A DNA stretch of 64,000 nucleotides from Octopus sinensis (Eukaryota): assembly GCF_006345805.1 (NCBI RefSeq), contig NC_042998.1:73346001-73410000 (forward strand), written 5' to 3'. Shown piece by piece: positions 42,318 through 56,429 of the stretch. The notes beneath the pieces are model-generated. The model was not told where the DNA came from, did not search any database, and saw only the letters and a list, made by a program, of their open reading frames with translations. Positions within the stretch are counted from its first letter, which is position 1, and each line of letters starts with the position of its first letter. The position numbers and the translations under genes are program-made.

Positions 42318-43402
42318 TACAGGGTCTTGCAGAGAGATTGAGACAAATTTTTACGAAGCATAAAACTGGTTATAAATTCTAATATTATGGTAGAGGACAT
42401 ATAATTTTAAAGTAACATTTATTGCAACAAAAACATTTATCACTCAATATGGCCGCCGTTTGCACAGTTACTGCCTACACACAACAGAGAACGTTTTTGG
42501 CATCTGCTGTAATATTCGCCATTTTGATATTGCGTGTTGCATGCATGGTGCAGGTCTTCAAACTGTTGACACTCGATTGTGATAAAGCATTGGTTATTGG
42601 TTGAAGTATGCCCCATAAAAATTAATCGAGGTGGTTGAGATTTGGGCTATTACTGGGCCAGATGTTGGACCTCACGAAAATGGCATCTTCTTACCAAGGA
42701 AGACTCGTATTGCTTCTGACCCATGGCGTGGTTTTGAATTCTGGTTAAGCACCACGTTGTCAAGCCCAAATTTATGCTATACCCAAGGTAACAGAGAGTT
42801 TTGCAGGATGTTCAGATACACTTTTGTGCCGATCTACATGTCAGACTCAATGAAGTGGGGATCCATGATATTTCCATCACTTGCCACGGCTCCAAATACC
42901 ATCACGGAGGCAGAATTCTTAGTCTCAAACATAGTGAGGGACGTCAGTAGGGTTGTATGCAATCACATCTTGTCCTCAGATACGAGAGTTTTTCCTGCAC
43001 TTTGATGCTTGATGAATGACAAAAACTTTGGTCATCTCTCGACTCTGATTGTTGTGGCCTTGGCGGTTAGGAAGTGACGGCGTCGTCGAACATAGCTAAT
43101 GATGTCAAGGTTCCTTTTCACAGCTCTGGACACTGTAGACACATTTAATTTCTTTGCAAGACTTGTCATGAAGGTGGATGGGCTGGTTTCAATCGAGCGT
43201 TTGAGGCTGGCGAGAAACTTTGGATTGCGCTTGGAATCACTTCGAGTCTTGTGTTCTTTTCTACCAATCCTCACCTCTTCTTTAAATTGTTTATGCATAC
43301 AAAAAACTGTTGCTTTTGGAAGGTTCGTCAACTTAACAATTTTACTGACAGTGAGCCCGGCGCGCGCCAAAACAACAATGGTGGACGATTCTGTTGTTCC
43401 AT
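42318..43402 (-). mobile_element. Decayed full-length-type Tc1/mariner transposase (maT/DD37D-like) with right end
   Basis: ATG at 43402, HTH-like N-terminus (ARAGLTVSKIVKLTNLPKATVF...), VMVFGAVASDG..MDPHF, VLNQNSKPRH, IWPSNSPNLNHLD*FLWGILQ and a NGGHIE* end at 42440. TA|CAGGGT terminus at 42318-42325. There are multiple stops and frameshifts, and I did not find the other TIR. Confidence 0.88.
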
Positions 43403-43559
43403 GATCTTCTGTTGCCGAAACAGTCCGCTATTTACCTGAAAAATAAAGAGGAGGATTATATTTTCAAACAAGCAAGGATTGTCAAAAATGAAATGTTAAA
43501 CCCATTAAGTCAACTGCTTAAAATTGGCTTCAATATGATACGACATTTAAAGGCAGTCT

Positions 43560-44270
43560 GGAATGATGCAAATCTCTGACTCCTTGTTTTTGCTTCAGAT
43601 AGTTCTCCGTCACTGTTGTTGATGTGGAAATTATGCTGCTGATTAGTATCTTCCGGGTTTTTACATCAATGACTCGGATCTCATCAATTATGCAGCTCAA
43701 ATGGTGGTATCAGTACTGGCACCGTAAACACATTCTGGGGCACTATTTTATTGAATGCAGAGGAGAGTTCCGAGGATCATATTTTCTTCATTCGACAGTA
43801 ATATTCTTTAGAGATATATGATTTTTGCAGGTGCCTTTCTAAGATGTTTTCATCTAACTCTAGATACCTGTAACGTTTCTCATCAGATACAGGGGAACCG
43901 GTTAATTCATTGATGGAGATGTTACTAGTCTGGATTACAGTTTACACTCTTTTTAAAACCATATAGCAACATTTATCCTTACCAAACTCCAGCCCTATAT
44001 ATTTTGAGAACGTTGTAATCAGGTCAATATTCCTTTCAATTCATGCATATTCTTTGCATATAATTTCAAGTCATACACAAAGAAACTGTGTAATTGTGGT
44101 TGCTCTGTTTCCTTGTGAACCAGCGAGATATCCTTCAGACTTCCTTAACATGAATGATAAGGGGCTTACAGAAAGTATAAACATCACAGAGATGGTGACC
44201 CATTAAAATATACCTCTGCAATACTGTATTCTGTCAGTAATCACTCCTTGTATTTAACTTCAAAATGATG
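43560..44270 (-). mobile_element. R4/Dong-type LINE RT fragment, decayed
   Basis: Minus-strand pieces IQYCRGIF..., ILSVSPLSFML, YDLKLYAKNMHELKG, IGLEFGKDKCCYM and RYRYLELDENI match RT motifs 4-7 of the 52846-53890 copy. Confidence 0.75.
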
Positions 44271-44447
44271 ACACACATCAGGTTAGCTATGGCTTTGACT
44301 GTACGCACTGGAACTGTCACAAGTCGAAGGGCTTTTAGCATGCATGAGCGGGTGTGGAATCAAAGGCTCTCTTGTAGTCGAATTACATTTAAATGCGGTT
44401 CCTCCTACGCTCCTGCACCTCTGACATTATAGTTATGTATGTATATG

Positions 44448-44479
<32 letters not shown>

Positions 44480-44631
44480 TGTATGTATGTATGTATGTAT
44501 GTATGTATGTATGTATGTATGCATGTATGCATGCATGCATGCATGCATGAATGCATGTATGTATGTATGTATGTATTTATGTATGTATATATGTATGTAT
44601 GTATATATGTATGTATATATGTATGGAACTC

Positions 44632-44745
44632 TCTTCGAAGACTCATATTGTCGCTCATTGATCGAAATGAGGAGTAGATAGACAGCCGACAACTGATGAA
44701 GGGTCGTTCTTTATGTTACTTGTCCTGATTTCCATTTGCTTCTCT
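44632..44745 (+). repeat. Unclassified dispersed repeat (copy 2 of 2; other copy at 3892-4000)
   Basis: Same sequence as 3892-4000; it follows a (TATG)n tract. Confidence 0.75.
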
Positions 44746-44754
44746 CGAATTCCA

Positions 44755-44892
44755 CAAGTGTCAGGAAAGGTGAGAGCGGTGTATTGTTGCACACGGTGAC
44801 TATTTCGAAGGAGGTGATGCTAAAACTTCAGTAAATGAGTTATTCTTTTATCAAACATAACTAGTCCGGGAACGTTTTGGTACCACCTCGTA
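44755..44892 (+). mobile_element. mariner 3' end remnant
   Basis: ERCIVAHGDYFEG resembles a mariner C-terminus, followed by a TIR-like CTAGTCCGGGAACGTTTTGGTACCACCTCG|TA end. Confidence 0.6.
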
Positions 44893-46689
44893 CATACTAT
44901 ACATTCCTATGCTTCGACCAAGAAAGCCTCGTTTAACAAAGTTTTCTCATTACTTCAACACCATTTAATCGGATCTGCAATTGAAAGCATTTGACACGTT
45001 CACTAGTCTCTAACATAATGTAAACAATAAATCTACACCAATAATACACAACATGATTTCTTTCACATATTTTTTTATATTTACAAGACAAAAAGAAACT
45101 TGTTTACATTTCTCTCACATATTACTGGTGGCTTATCTCAGAAGCAGCCATTCTTTGCTTCATAACATGAAAAAAAGTGGAATGTTGTGTAAAAAATTTT
45201 ACAAGTCCTGTAGCTTTACACTGTTCTATTTTAGTCAAACAATCATTTAGTTTTAACGATGTTACATTTGTTCTTTTGGTATTCTATTGCTACTATTACT
45301 GGTGCAGTTTTCGAAATTCTTCTAGTTTGTTGCTGAATCTACTGCTAGTGCCACTGCTGCTGCTGTTCTTGTTGTTTCGACAACGCTAAAACTTTGCTTC
45401 ATACTCTTTTCAACATTAAACGTTCTGGCATTAGCATAACACACCACTCGTACATAGCCCTTGCCTCCCACATCTATGAACCATATCGACCGTTATTGTA
45501 CGTCAGATATTGCGATAAAGAGCCATTACTGTTCAACGTCTGGTTCTGGTTCTGGTATACTATTTCTATTGTGGTTTACTCCTTGAATGTGCGATAGAAA
45601 CTCAAATCTACCATTTATCCTAGATTTTCAATATTTCTATATCAACTACTTGTTACGAATATAATCGTACTGTTGGAAAGTTACCAGACCGTCATTGTTG
45701 CATTCCTTGTAGATGTTATTGTTGGTGTTGTCATAAATTTCAATTAAAATACATAAAGCATTAAAATACAGAAGCCATCATATATTGTAAAGTTATTTGA
45801 TTTAGCCTGAAATGACGGTCGTATGATGTAATACATTTCAGTGTATTTATGTTAAAGATTTGTCGTTTCACTTTAGCGCAGTAACGGAATAAAAGAATGA
45901 AAAGTAGTGCATTATAACCTAATCTAGTCATGAAAAATTGTACAAGTCTGATGTATATGTTGTAACGTATATGTGTTGGGTTTAGACTGGGATGTGAAAT
46001 ATATTTATATTTTAACTACATATTCGGTTATAACACAGAAACACAATTTACTCAAATGTTTTCTATTAACTGTGTGAGCACTTTCTTTTGTGGAAGGTTA
46101 ATTACTCCATCTGGTTGAGAATTGTGCAAGAAATATTGCCAAACTGCTGACGATGTAGTTAATTTAGACACTGTTACAGTAACAACAACAATAACAACAT
46201 CTGCTGAAAGTGTAGTTGATGTTTTAGTTGGTGTTTTTATTCGTAGTGTTGCTTGCAGACTTCTCACTAATTAAAGACATGTTTATAATACTGTTTTCTT
46301 CTTAAACTCTCAAATATTTTGTTTGCAATTTTTTTTTTTATTTCTCTCCAGTAATTACTTTTTCCTCCTATTTTTGATATCAGTAGTAATCGTACTTGTC
46401 AGACATGACAAATATTTATTCCCAACTTTTTTTTTCTACGTCAACTCTTCTACATTTCTTACTATTTCTCTTCTCCTGTTTTTTTTTGTTTTTTTTTGTC
46501 GCAGTTGTTGATGTTGTTGTAAGCAATTTTATTTTTGTTCCATGAAATTTTTTTTGATCGATTGAGCTTTGGATTTTTAAGGATTTTTTATTATTTAAAA
46601 ATGAGATCGTATTTTCATTTCTCATCCGTTGAAATTAATATTTTCTTTTTAGTACAAACATTAATTCAAATACTACTACTAACGCTGCT

Positions 46690-47110
<421 letters not shown>

Positions 47111-47589
47111 CTATTATAATTAAATAAAATTCTACTTTTTAACACCGACACAAGGTTACGCATTTATAAAGAAGGAATGAACTAGAGTAAAGAAACAAAC
47201 CAATACATTTCTGGTATTCATCGCCAGGATATATGAAACGCGTAGTAGAACCCTTCGAAATTTTTTATCAGATAGAAAACGGGCGTAAATACAGTCAGTT
47301 AATCAGTCTATTAATACATTTAGTTCGGAAACGACTGATGTTATAATCCATATCAAAAACTTCAACAAGAGCAATACTTCTGCCTAATTTTGGCACAAGG
47401 CAACCAATTTCTTAGGGGAAAGGGTTAGGCGATTAGATTGACATTAGTGTTTGAATGGTACTTTATTGAACCGATCCCAAAATAATATGAAGTTAGCTCG
47501 ACAGGATTACAACAATAACAACAACAGTAATAATAATAACAAAAATAATAAGGATAAGAATCTTATTTGTGAGTGCAAATGCCAAGCAA

Positions 47590-48970
47590 AATAGATTACG
47601 TTAACCGTGTGAATGGGAACGGAACCAATGGTGAAGGTGCCGCACCCAGTAGGTTCCCCACTGTGCAGCGGGGGGAGCCGGTCGTAATCCAGCAACCGCT
47701 ATCCATGCTACAAGACATACGTGGAGTAAACAAGTAAACATGATGGTTATGGAGTATTACTACCGGAGCACCCCAGTGGATGCGAAAGGCGTGCTTGTCA
47801 AAGGGCGCAGAAAACCAATGCACAGTGAATGGAAGGCAATGGAACTGTTTGAAATTACTGAACAGAGATTGTGTGACCAAGCAAGAGTAATATGACAGAA
47901 TGGATGTTTAACAGAATTGGAGCTAGAAACTATTACAAGAAGGATATCGAGTGATGCTGGGCATGCGAGAAACAAAAGTGGTAGAGTGGAAGAGATGGAC
48001 AATTTTTCGCAAGAATATAATATCGTCAATTGTGAAAGAATTGATATCAGTGACTACTCAAACAATGAAGGTCGATTACTAATAGACAGATTTTTAGAAC
48101 TAATAAATACAGAAAGGATAGAATTTATGTCCGATTTTAAGAAGGGTAATCAATGGAGACTAAAGCAAAAGACGAGTAAACTCAATGTAGCGAGACACAT
48201 TGAAACAAAGAACCTCACACAATTAAATAATATTATCAAGGCTGCTAGTAGGATTGTAGTGGAAAGGATGAGCTCGAGAACAACTGAGAACAGAACAGTG
48301 ACGAATAGAAGATAAAATAAATTGAAAATTGTGTAAAGAAAATAAAAATATTAAAAAGAAATTATCAGAAAAAAAAGAAAACGCATGGAAGGAAAAGAAA
48401 ATATACGATCAGTTTGAGAGAGATCTGAAATCCAAAACAGAGACCAGTGTCTATGAATGAGGAGGAATTACCTAAAATTAAAGACTGTCGCACTCATATG
48501 CGCAGCTGAGGAACATGCGTTAAGGATCAACTATATTAAGTACAAATAGACAACACTACCGATAGCGACAAATGCAGAATATGTGGTGAGGGGGTGAAAC
48601 GATATGGCACATCGTTAGCGAATACAAAAGACACCATGACAAGGATAATCTATTGCGAGCTCTGTGGAAATCACGGCCTACAATGAGCAATTTCGTGGTA
48701 TGAGCAAACTCCAGAAGGAGTCACCCAAAATGAGAATTGCAAAATCATGTGGAATGCAATGATGGAGTGCAATGACCCGACCAGAATCTGAAACTGGATA
48801 TTGTTGTGGTAAATATAAAAGAAAGAAAATGTACGATAATCGACATAGTATGCCCCTGTGACAACAGGATCAATATGAAAGAAGAAGAAACAAATAAACA
48901 ACTATGACGATTTGAAGTGGCAAATACGATGGCTGTGGTCAATGAAGAGAGTAACGTGATACCAATAGTA
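47590..48970 (+). mobile_element. R4/Dong-type LINE with 5' region and RLE C-terminus, RT deleted
   Basis: N-terminus TWSKQVNMMVMEYYYRSTP...WKAMELFEITEQRLCDQARVI*QNG.LTELELETI (47720-48315), then CAAEEHALRINYIKY...DKCRICGE...WHIVS...YKRHHDK and DIVVVNIKERKCTIIDIVCPCD...DLKWQIRWLW, a CCHC knuckle plus PD-(D/E)xK RLE. Confidence 0.82.
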
Positions 48971-49002
48971 ATAACAGCAACAACAACAACAACAACAACA
49001 GC

Positions 49003-49050
<48 letters not shown>

Positions 49051-49079
49051 TATAATAATAATAATAATAATAATAACTA

Positions 49080-49850
49080 TTAACTGAAGGAAGGAACATC
49101 ATACCTTCTACCAAAGACTGAAGACACGAAAAATCTAAATAACCACCGATCAATAACATGTCTCAACACAACCTAGAAGATCCCCACATCCATACTAACT
49201 GAAGGAATATACGCATTCCACGAATAAAACGGTATCCTTCCACAAGCTAAAAAAAATGACTCTAAAAGAAATACTTATGAGTGCAAAGATTAATTACTAA
49301 GTAAAATGATTGAAGAGAATTACCGGAACAAAGAAGAACATGAGAATGGCATAAATAGGCTACTTGAAAGCGTTTGATAGTGAAATGAGGCATCTTTTAA
49401 CATGAATCGAAGCATCTATCAAGGTGACTCCTCCCGGTTACTCTTTTGCATAGCACTATTTCCACTCTTAAACGAACCAAGTATGAGTACGGAGTTTATA
49501 ATACTACAATAAATCATCTGTTTTATATGACGTGAAGCTGTTTGCTAGAAATTAACAAGAGCTAGTAGGGCTGCTAGCAACTATTAAAGAGTTCAGCAAT
49601 GACATCGGGATGGAGTTTGGCCTTGACGAGTGTGCTAAAGCAACTTTTGTAAGGAGCAAACTTTAGCACAAAGCTTCCATTAAATTACATACTAACGCTA
49701 CCATCAATGAACTTGACTTGACCCATAACTAACTTATAAATACTTGGAGATGGTAGACATGCTACTATGCAGGAAAAAATAAGAGAGGTGTAATGCAGGA
49801 GAATAAGACTCATACTAAAACTGAACTCAACACCAAAAATCGCATCGAAG
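49080..49850 (+). mobile_element. R4/Dong-type LINE RT fragment starting at (TAA)n
   Basis: Degenerate YLLPKTEDTK..., ITCLNTT, YLKAFDS, RSIYQGDS, LLFCIAL, INHLFY, IGMEFGLDECAKATF and LILKTELNTKNRIEA. Confidence 0.78.
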
Positions 49851-50507
49851 CCACTACTGGCACTCGATACTCTATCATTTTGACCCCAAGTTTAGGTGGT
49901 GTTAGTAGGATGAGGTCATTACACTTGCTATGGTTCCCACTCTAGCAATTGTCGTATATACAAAACAAAATGGTAGATAGGAAAGGACGAAAGCAACAGC
50001 ACAGGAAGTCATTACCCTAGAAGCCACTTTCAGTGGCCACCTTTGTTGCTCCCTGCCGCCTTCTTTTTGTAATTCTTTAAGTATTCGTGAAAAAGAAGAG
50101 CTTTCACGTAATTTTCATGACCCTACCTGGGCATTTTGCTCTGTACTGCAAGCCTAATTGTCCCTGAAACGCTCCTCATTCTTTTGGATCATCAAGAACA
50201 CCCCACGCATTCATTTGTTATTGCAGGTCACCTCGGCGCTCACCACTTCTATTGCCTCTTTTCTTGTATTATACTCCGCCATAAAATATACATTCAATAT
50301 ACATTTCTTTGATCACATTATTTCCAAGCAGATATAATCCAGATGCCCTTCCAGCACTTCTTTGGAAAGCATTAGGAATATACTCCTGAAAAGCAGAGGT
50401 GATTGTATACAGAAAATATGTATATGACTCAACGTTGATATTTTTGATGACTCTGCTTTCATTGCTATTCACAATTTTAATAGTTTAATTATTACTTCTC
50501 TCGAAGA

Positions 50508-50712
50508 CGACGAAGTGGCAGAAACATTATCACGCCGGCAAAATATTACGAAATACTTAACTGTATTTCGTCCGTCTTCACATTCTGACTTTGAATTCCA
50601 CCGAGGTGAACTTTCAGTATCAATAAAATAAGTACCAGTCAAGCACTGGTTCTGATGTAATTGACTTACTCACTTCCCTGAAATTGCCGACGTTGTGCCA
50701 AACTTTGGAATC
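50508..50712 (+). mobile_element. SINE family B
   Basis: GTGGCAGAAACATTATCACGCCGG...GTATTTCGTCCGTCTT.ACATTCTGA.TTTGAATTCCACCGAGGT...AAAATAAGTACCAGT...GAAATTGC...TTGTGCCAAA. Confidence 0.75.
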
Positions 50713-52845
50713 TATATTTCCCTTTTCTTTTTTAAGTGAATGATTTAGGCATTATCTCTTTAATGTCTTCTATTGTGTAAATTCCTATCTGTATATTTCA
50801 CTTTTATTATTTGACATTTTAGAATATACTCTAGTGCTTTAAGGAAAATGAGCAGGTGCCAGTTTTTGTAACTTGTTACTTAAATTACATTATATAAGAT
50901 TTACAGAATGTTATAAAAACTTGCAACAAGGCAGATGTACGTTTGCAAATTATGAACATGGCAATAATCTAAATCTCATAATGTTGAGAGAGAAACGTTT
51001 TCCTATTATTGAATGAATGCCCATTGTAGAAGTAACAACTAATTATAACATAGTGTCAGTATTACACACATGCAAATTTGGCGTTTTTATTTACCATTTA
51101 TTCAAGCAAGGAAGGTAGAGCTCGTTACATTTATTTCGCATAACCTTCAACACACATCCTACACTGATGAGAGGAAGGGACACAATTTCGCCAATCAGTT
51201 GTCCTGAACAGATACTAAAGTACCTGTTCAGGACGATGGAACGAGAAAAGCATGAAAGATGCAGTTGAATACGGTTGATTTTGAAATTAGGATGCAGAGA
51301 GAACGAAATTTGAAAATAATTTTGTGTCAACTACCGTAACAAAATTTGCAAATTGACTGCTTATGTCATTTTGGTTATTGAAAGCTGGAATGATATCCAA
51401 AATGGGGTATTACTGTGACACATAACACAGTGCTGTTACTCTCTGCATACAGATCTTTTAGTTTGCATTCAACAAGAAGACTACACATGTGTTTGGCATG
51501 GAGTCGCTCAGCAACACACTACAGCTTCTGGCACACAAGTCCGCAGTCTCCGCCCTTTTAATAAATTGATCTATGCATTAAAAAACACGCAAAGGAAAGC
51601 AAGCACACCATCGGAGCTACTCATTTAGAAACATGTAAACAGCGCTAAAAATTGTATAACAAGAACAATAGAGAATAAGAGAAAAAATCTCATCGAACAA
51701 AAAATAAAATCAAATAAATTCATCAAGTTTTATAGAAGTAAAGTAAGCGGAATTAACGATCGTTTCCTTCAAAAGATTTTATCTAAATGGCAAAGAAACC
51801 TTTTGTCATAAAAGCGAAAAGACAGAGTTGAACAAGACAAAGAAGCTGACTCCAACCAGACTTATCAAAATAAAATTAGAAAGAAGATAAAAATTATTGT
51901 AACGCAAACAAGAAAAACTTAGAACGTTTTTGGAGGTGAGCATAAAAATTATAGCATTTCCATAGAAAAAATTAATGTTAAACATTTGACACAAGAACGT
52001 ATAAAACCTGTATGGCGAGGCATAGAAAAACAAGTAGCTACTGAATATGTGGAGACAGTTAAATAACAATCAATCACAGTTCCTGTTTGGCACCCTAGTC
52101 AGATGGAAATGTAATGTATAAACTGACTTGACAGGGTTGAAGGTTTCATGTACTCCAATAATAAATGCTTTCGGAATAGTAATAAAGAGACGCAGACATA
52201 TGTATACCCAATAAAAATTATATGATATTCACATGTACAAGTACATATAAGGTTCTGCACGCATAATACACTGGCGATACTTAATAAAACAGAAAAATAC
52301 GGAAACAAACCGTTGTTAGGACTGTGGCACCTGCGTTCCCCACTGAATTAATGAAAGAATGCACAAAATGTCAACAATAAATGCTACTATCATTGCTGCA
52401 TCTACTACTACTACTACTACTACTACTATTTTAAACGAACCTGACGAGCCCTCAGAACTTCAGACAAAATGCAACACGTGGTTTCTTCTGGGCGAATTAC
52501 TTCCAAAATTGAAAATTTCTGCATCTTGTCTGTTATCGGACCGTATCCACTAAGTTTAACCATTTCGGAGAAAATATATTCAATACGGAATATTTGATCG
52601 TCAGACAAATTATAAACATAGTGGCATCCAGCCTGGTGGCTTGAGTAGAAAGTATCCAAAGAGGTTGTAGCTACATTTCGCACGAAAGCTCATTAATCAT
52701 GTCTCCTGAACCTGCCTTTCGTTCTTTCGGGGTCGATTAGATATGTAGCAGCTGAGCACTGGGGTCAGGGTAATTGGCTTACCCGCTCTACTATAATTGC
52801 TACCATTCTGCCAAAATTTGAAACAATTGTTATTATTACGCAAAT

Positions 52846-53884
52846 TTATACAAACATCTTCTTCTTTTTCATATTTATTAGGTGTATGATTTCTTGTTTG
52901 TATTTGTCAGCTTTCTTAAATACTGAGAACAGTTTTTTGTTTTGCTCATGTTTTGCCGCTATTTGTATCAGTTTTCCTTCCTTCTGAAGTAGATATTTTT
53001 GCAGTCGTATGGTTGTTATTGTATAGTAGTTTTCCAGCTGTATAAGGCCTCTACCACCTTCTATACGTTGTATACTTAGTCTTTCTATGTCAGATTTTGG
53101 GTGATGCATCCTAGATCCTGTCATTATTTTTCTTTTTTTCCTATCTATTTTGGTCAGTTCATTTAGTGTCCAGTTAAGGATATTGTAGCTGTAACTTATA
53201 ACTGGAACAGCTAAAGTGTTAATACCTATTATCTTGTTTTTAGCATTGAGCTCTGTTTTTAGTATTGATCTAACTCGTCTATAATATTCTTTTTTTATTT
53301 TTTCTCTTTCATTTGTGTGTGTTGTGTCTTATCTAGTTCATGGATTCCTAAGTATTTGTAAGTTTGACTTTGGTCTAATTCTTTTATTGCATTGGTTTTA
53401 TCTAGTGTGATGTTGCTACTTTTAACTAGTTTTCCTCTTTTCATTGTTACTTTGGCGCATTTTACTAATCCAAATTTCATATCTATTTCTTTGGTAAATC
53501 CATGAACTGTCTTTAATAGTGTTTCCAGCTGTTTGTCATTTGCAGCGTATAGTTTTAGGTCATCCATATATAAAAGGTGGCTGATCGTTTTGCCGTAACA
53601 TTTATATCCGCATCCAGTTCTATTTAGCATATCAGATAGAGGTGACAGTGCCAAGCAGAAAAGGAGTGGAGAGAGCGTGTCTCCCTGGAATATTCCTCTT
53701 CTAATGGGGATGGCTTTGGTTTTCATGAGTCCCTCTTTTGTTTGGAGCTGTAGCACTGTGTGCCATTTATTCATAGAGTGTCCTATGAATTTTATAATTG
53801 TTGGTGCTACTTTGTTAATGGCTAGTGTTTCGAGGATGCATGTGTGGGGGATGCTATCAAACGCCTTTTTGTAGTCGATCCAGG

Positions 53885-53890
<6 letters not shown>
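52846..53890 (-). mobile_element. R4/Dong-type LINE reverse transcriptase fragment (well preserved, one frameshift)
   Basis: WIDYKKAFDSIPH...RGIFQGDTLSPLLFCLAL...SHLLYMDDLKLY...MKFGLVKCAKV...YKYLGI, then after a frameshift in an A-run near 53290, HHPKSDIERL..R.EGGRGLIQL. Its 5' end abuts (AAT)n. Confidence 0.93.
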
Positions 53891-53945
<55 letters not shown>

Positions 53946-53952
53946 CCTCATT

Positions 53953-54070
53953 GAGTGAGAGAGTAGTGCATGCCATCAAAGTGACACTGGGGTAAAATAT
54001 ACGAAGCCCAGTACACCCATCAAGACTACCCGTCTGATAAGGGTACACCAGTTACATGCATCACAACCAT
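53953..54070 (-). mobile_element. ~550-bp (AAT)n-tailed element, copy D (3' ~120 bp only)
   Basis: GAGTGAGAGAGTAGTGCATGCCATCAAAGTGACACTGGGGTAAAATATACGAAGCCC...CATGCATCACAACCAT is nearly identical to 59195-59310 and lies between two (ATT)n tracts. Confidence 0.85.
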
Positions 54071-54149
<79 letters not shown>

Positions 54150-54151
<2 letters not shown>

Positions 54152-54585
54152 TACTCTTGATGACAAAACCAATGTTAGAGTATATAAAGATACAAGTGCT
54201 TTTGGAAAACCTTCCCATTATTTGTGGTATGATCACAGTGTCAGTTTGAAAGCTAAAATAAGTGTATACAAATCTTGTATTTTGAGCTCACTTTTGTATG
54301 GCGCAGAAGCATGGTCTCCCTACCACAGACATATAAAGAAATTTGAAACCTTAAACATATGACGTTTGCGCAGCATCTGCAACATAAAATGGCAAGAATA
54401 CATATCGAATGTCAAAATCTTAGAAAAATGTAATAGCCCCAGTATCAACTGCATGCTGTTGAGAATCCAGTGCAGATGGGTAGAATATGTTGTCCGAATG
54501 AAAGATGATCGCATTCTGAAAATTCTTTCATATGGAGAACGAACAGTGGAACTGCACGTAAAGGAAGACCCCCTCTTAGGTTAAG
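54150..54585 (+). mobile_element. RTE(BovB)-type LINE 3' fragment
   Basis: LDD...TSAFGK..HYLWYDHSVSLKAKISVYKSCILSSLLYGAEAW.PYHRHIKK...RLRSICNIKWQ..ISNVKILEKC....I..MLLRIQCRW..YVVRMKDDRI.K...YGE, a typical RTE post-RT region. Confidence 0.85.
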
Positions 54586-55399
54586 TTGATGCAATCACTA
54601 AAATCTCTACAACTTAATTTGACATCTTAGGGAAGTTATTGCCTAAATCGATTTGCGTGGCGTAAAATGTACTAAGATGCATCAAAACAATTTGTTTCAA
54701 AGCAGAAATAAGAAAGGAGTTATATCCTGCATTCAATAGACATTTTTTTCCATTACAAAACAGAATAAAAATCCCCCATCGTGACTTCATTTCAAAATCC
54801 ATACTAATTCTACATTCGCATATTCATCTCAAATACAAGCAGCGTTTTTTCTTCATACCTTCCTTCAAACACTCTTAAGTTGAAATCAGTTAATCTTCGT
54901 CGATGCCTAAGGTATCTTGAGAATATTGTCACTCTTCCCTAGTGCAAATCTATGCGACGTTAGACGCAATTCTTACTTGAGATTTCGGATGTCAGCCTCC
55001 AAATCTTGACCTTTACCGTAGCTCCATTAGAAAGAGAACTTTAGGAAAATATTTTGGACGCTTGTTCACCGCAAATGAATACCTTTAAAATGAGTACATC
55101 TTACGCATAATTCTACATTTACAGCAATGACATAGGTGTATCAGATGGATATTTCTACCAGTAAAATGCACCTTTCCATAACAAAAGGAAGTGAGAACGT
55201 TCTAATCTGGTAAGATGAAAACGCGGATAAGTCACGACTGTATAGGATTAATAGATAGTGAAAAGATGTGTTAGTTCACCTCCAGCGCATGCTTTCAAGA
55301 AGAACTTTATCTTATACTATTTTGTTATAAGACTGGTCATCCTACTCGTTACATCATCCCAGTTCCTGCTCATGTTGAAGTTGCTCTCAGACGAGATCG

Positions 55400-55920
55400 C
55401 ATAAGAAAATCGTCGATTATTGACTGCTCTTGGTTAATGTTGCCTTGTATCCTGTGAGTTCAGGCAGGGTTCCTCTGACCAATTCTGGTTCCTATACCTA
55501 TTGCTCCTCAGGCAAAATATTCACAAGATCAATGAGTAATCGATAGGGTTCTGAATGGTGTCGCTTAAACAATCTGGATACAGAAAAAGGGTTCGAAGCT
55601 AATTGCATGGAAAATAGTCACCAAATAACAATTGTTGACCTTGTCAAAAACCTTGGGTTATTCACCAGCCCTATTCTATTCTGCAAGTTCACAGTCTGGT
55701 GTCGGCTGTGACAGACGAGTGCTAATGAAGTATGGAGACATCCTACTGGTATTCATAAAACTAGTTGTGCAGCTTATCCATTCAAATTATTTGGCTTTCT
55801 CACACATCTTAGCCGATATCAGCAAAGCTTTTTCTCTAAATCTTCATTCAGGAGTGAATGGAAGCATTCCGTTTTATAAATTTTTAAACAGAAATCTGTT
55901 AATCCTCCTTTTTTTTTTTT
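55400..55920 (-). mobile_element. Possible highly decayed CR1-type RT fragment
   Basis: Only scattered pieces are recognisable (PKVFDKVNN ~ AKAFDKVDH; RLSQ ~ CLSQL), among many stops. Confidence 0.3.
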
Positions 55921-56389
55921 TTTGAGGAATTTGTTAGTTGAATGGGCACTGCTTTTCCGATATTCTACACCAATGAGATATTTTTGTTGTAACTGTCAAG
56001 CATGTGCCTTTCACCTGCAAAATTAGAAAACGATCAATTAACTTAATCTTTTTCAAATTAAAGCTCTCATTGTCGCTTATTATGTTTATTTAAGTATAAA
56101 TCCCTGTGTTTACAAAGCTGTTTACTCACTAGTCGGTTTTTACTGTTCGTCTCTTTTAATTAAATACGCATCTGCAATTCTTATATTTTCAAACCTGTTT
56201 TGTAGAGTTTTTTTAGTCACCATCATTGTGGATGGCAACTATTCCCACTTCAGCAGAAGCAATATTAAATCACTACTATACTAAACAAGATAATATATTT
56301 TTATTTTTATCCTAAACAATATGTATAGACAGAGATAAATAGATCGCCTGCGTGTATAATATGTTTAGGAGAAAGAATATAGTTTTGTT

Positions 56390-56429
<40 letters not shown>

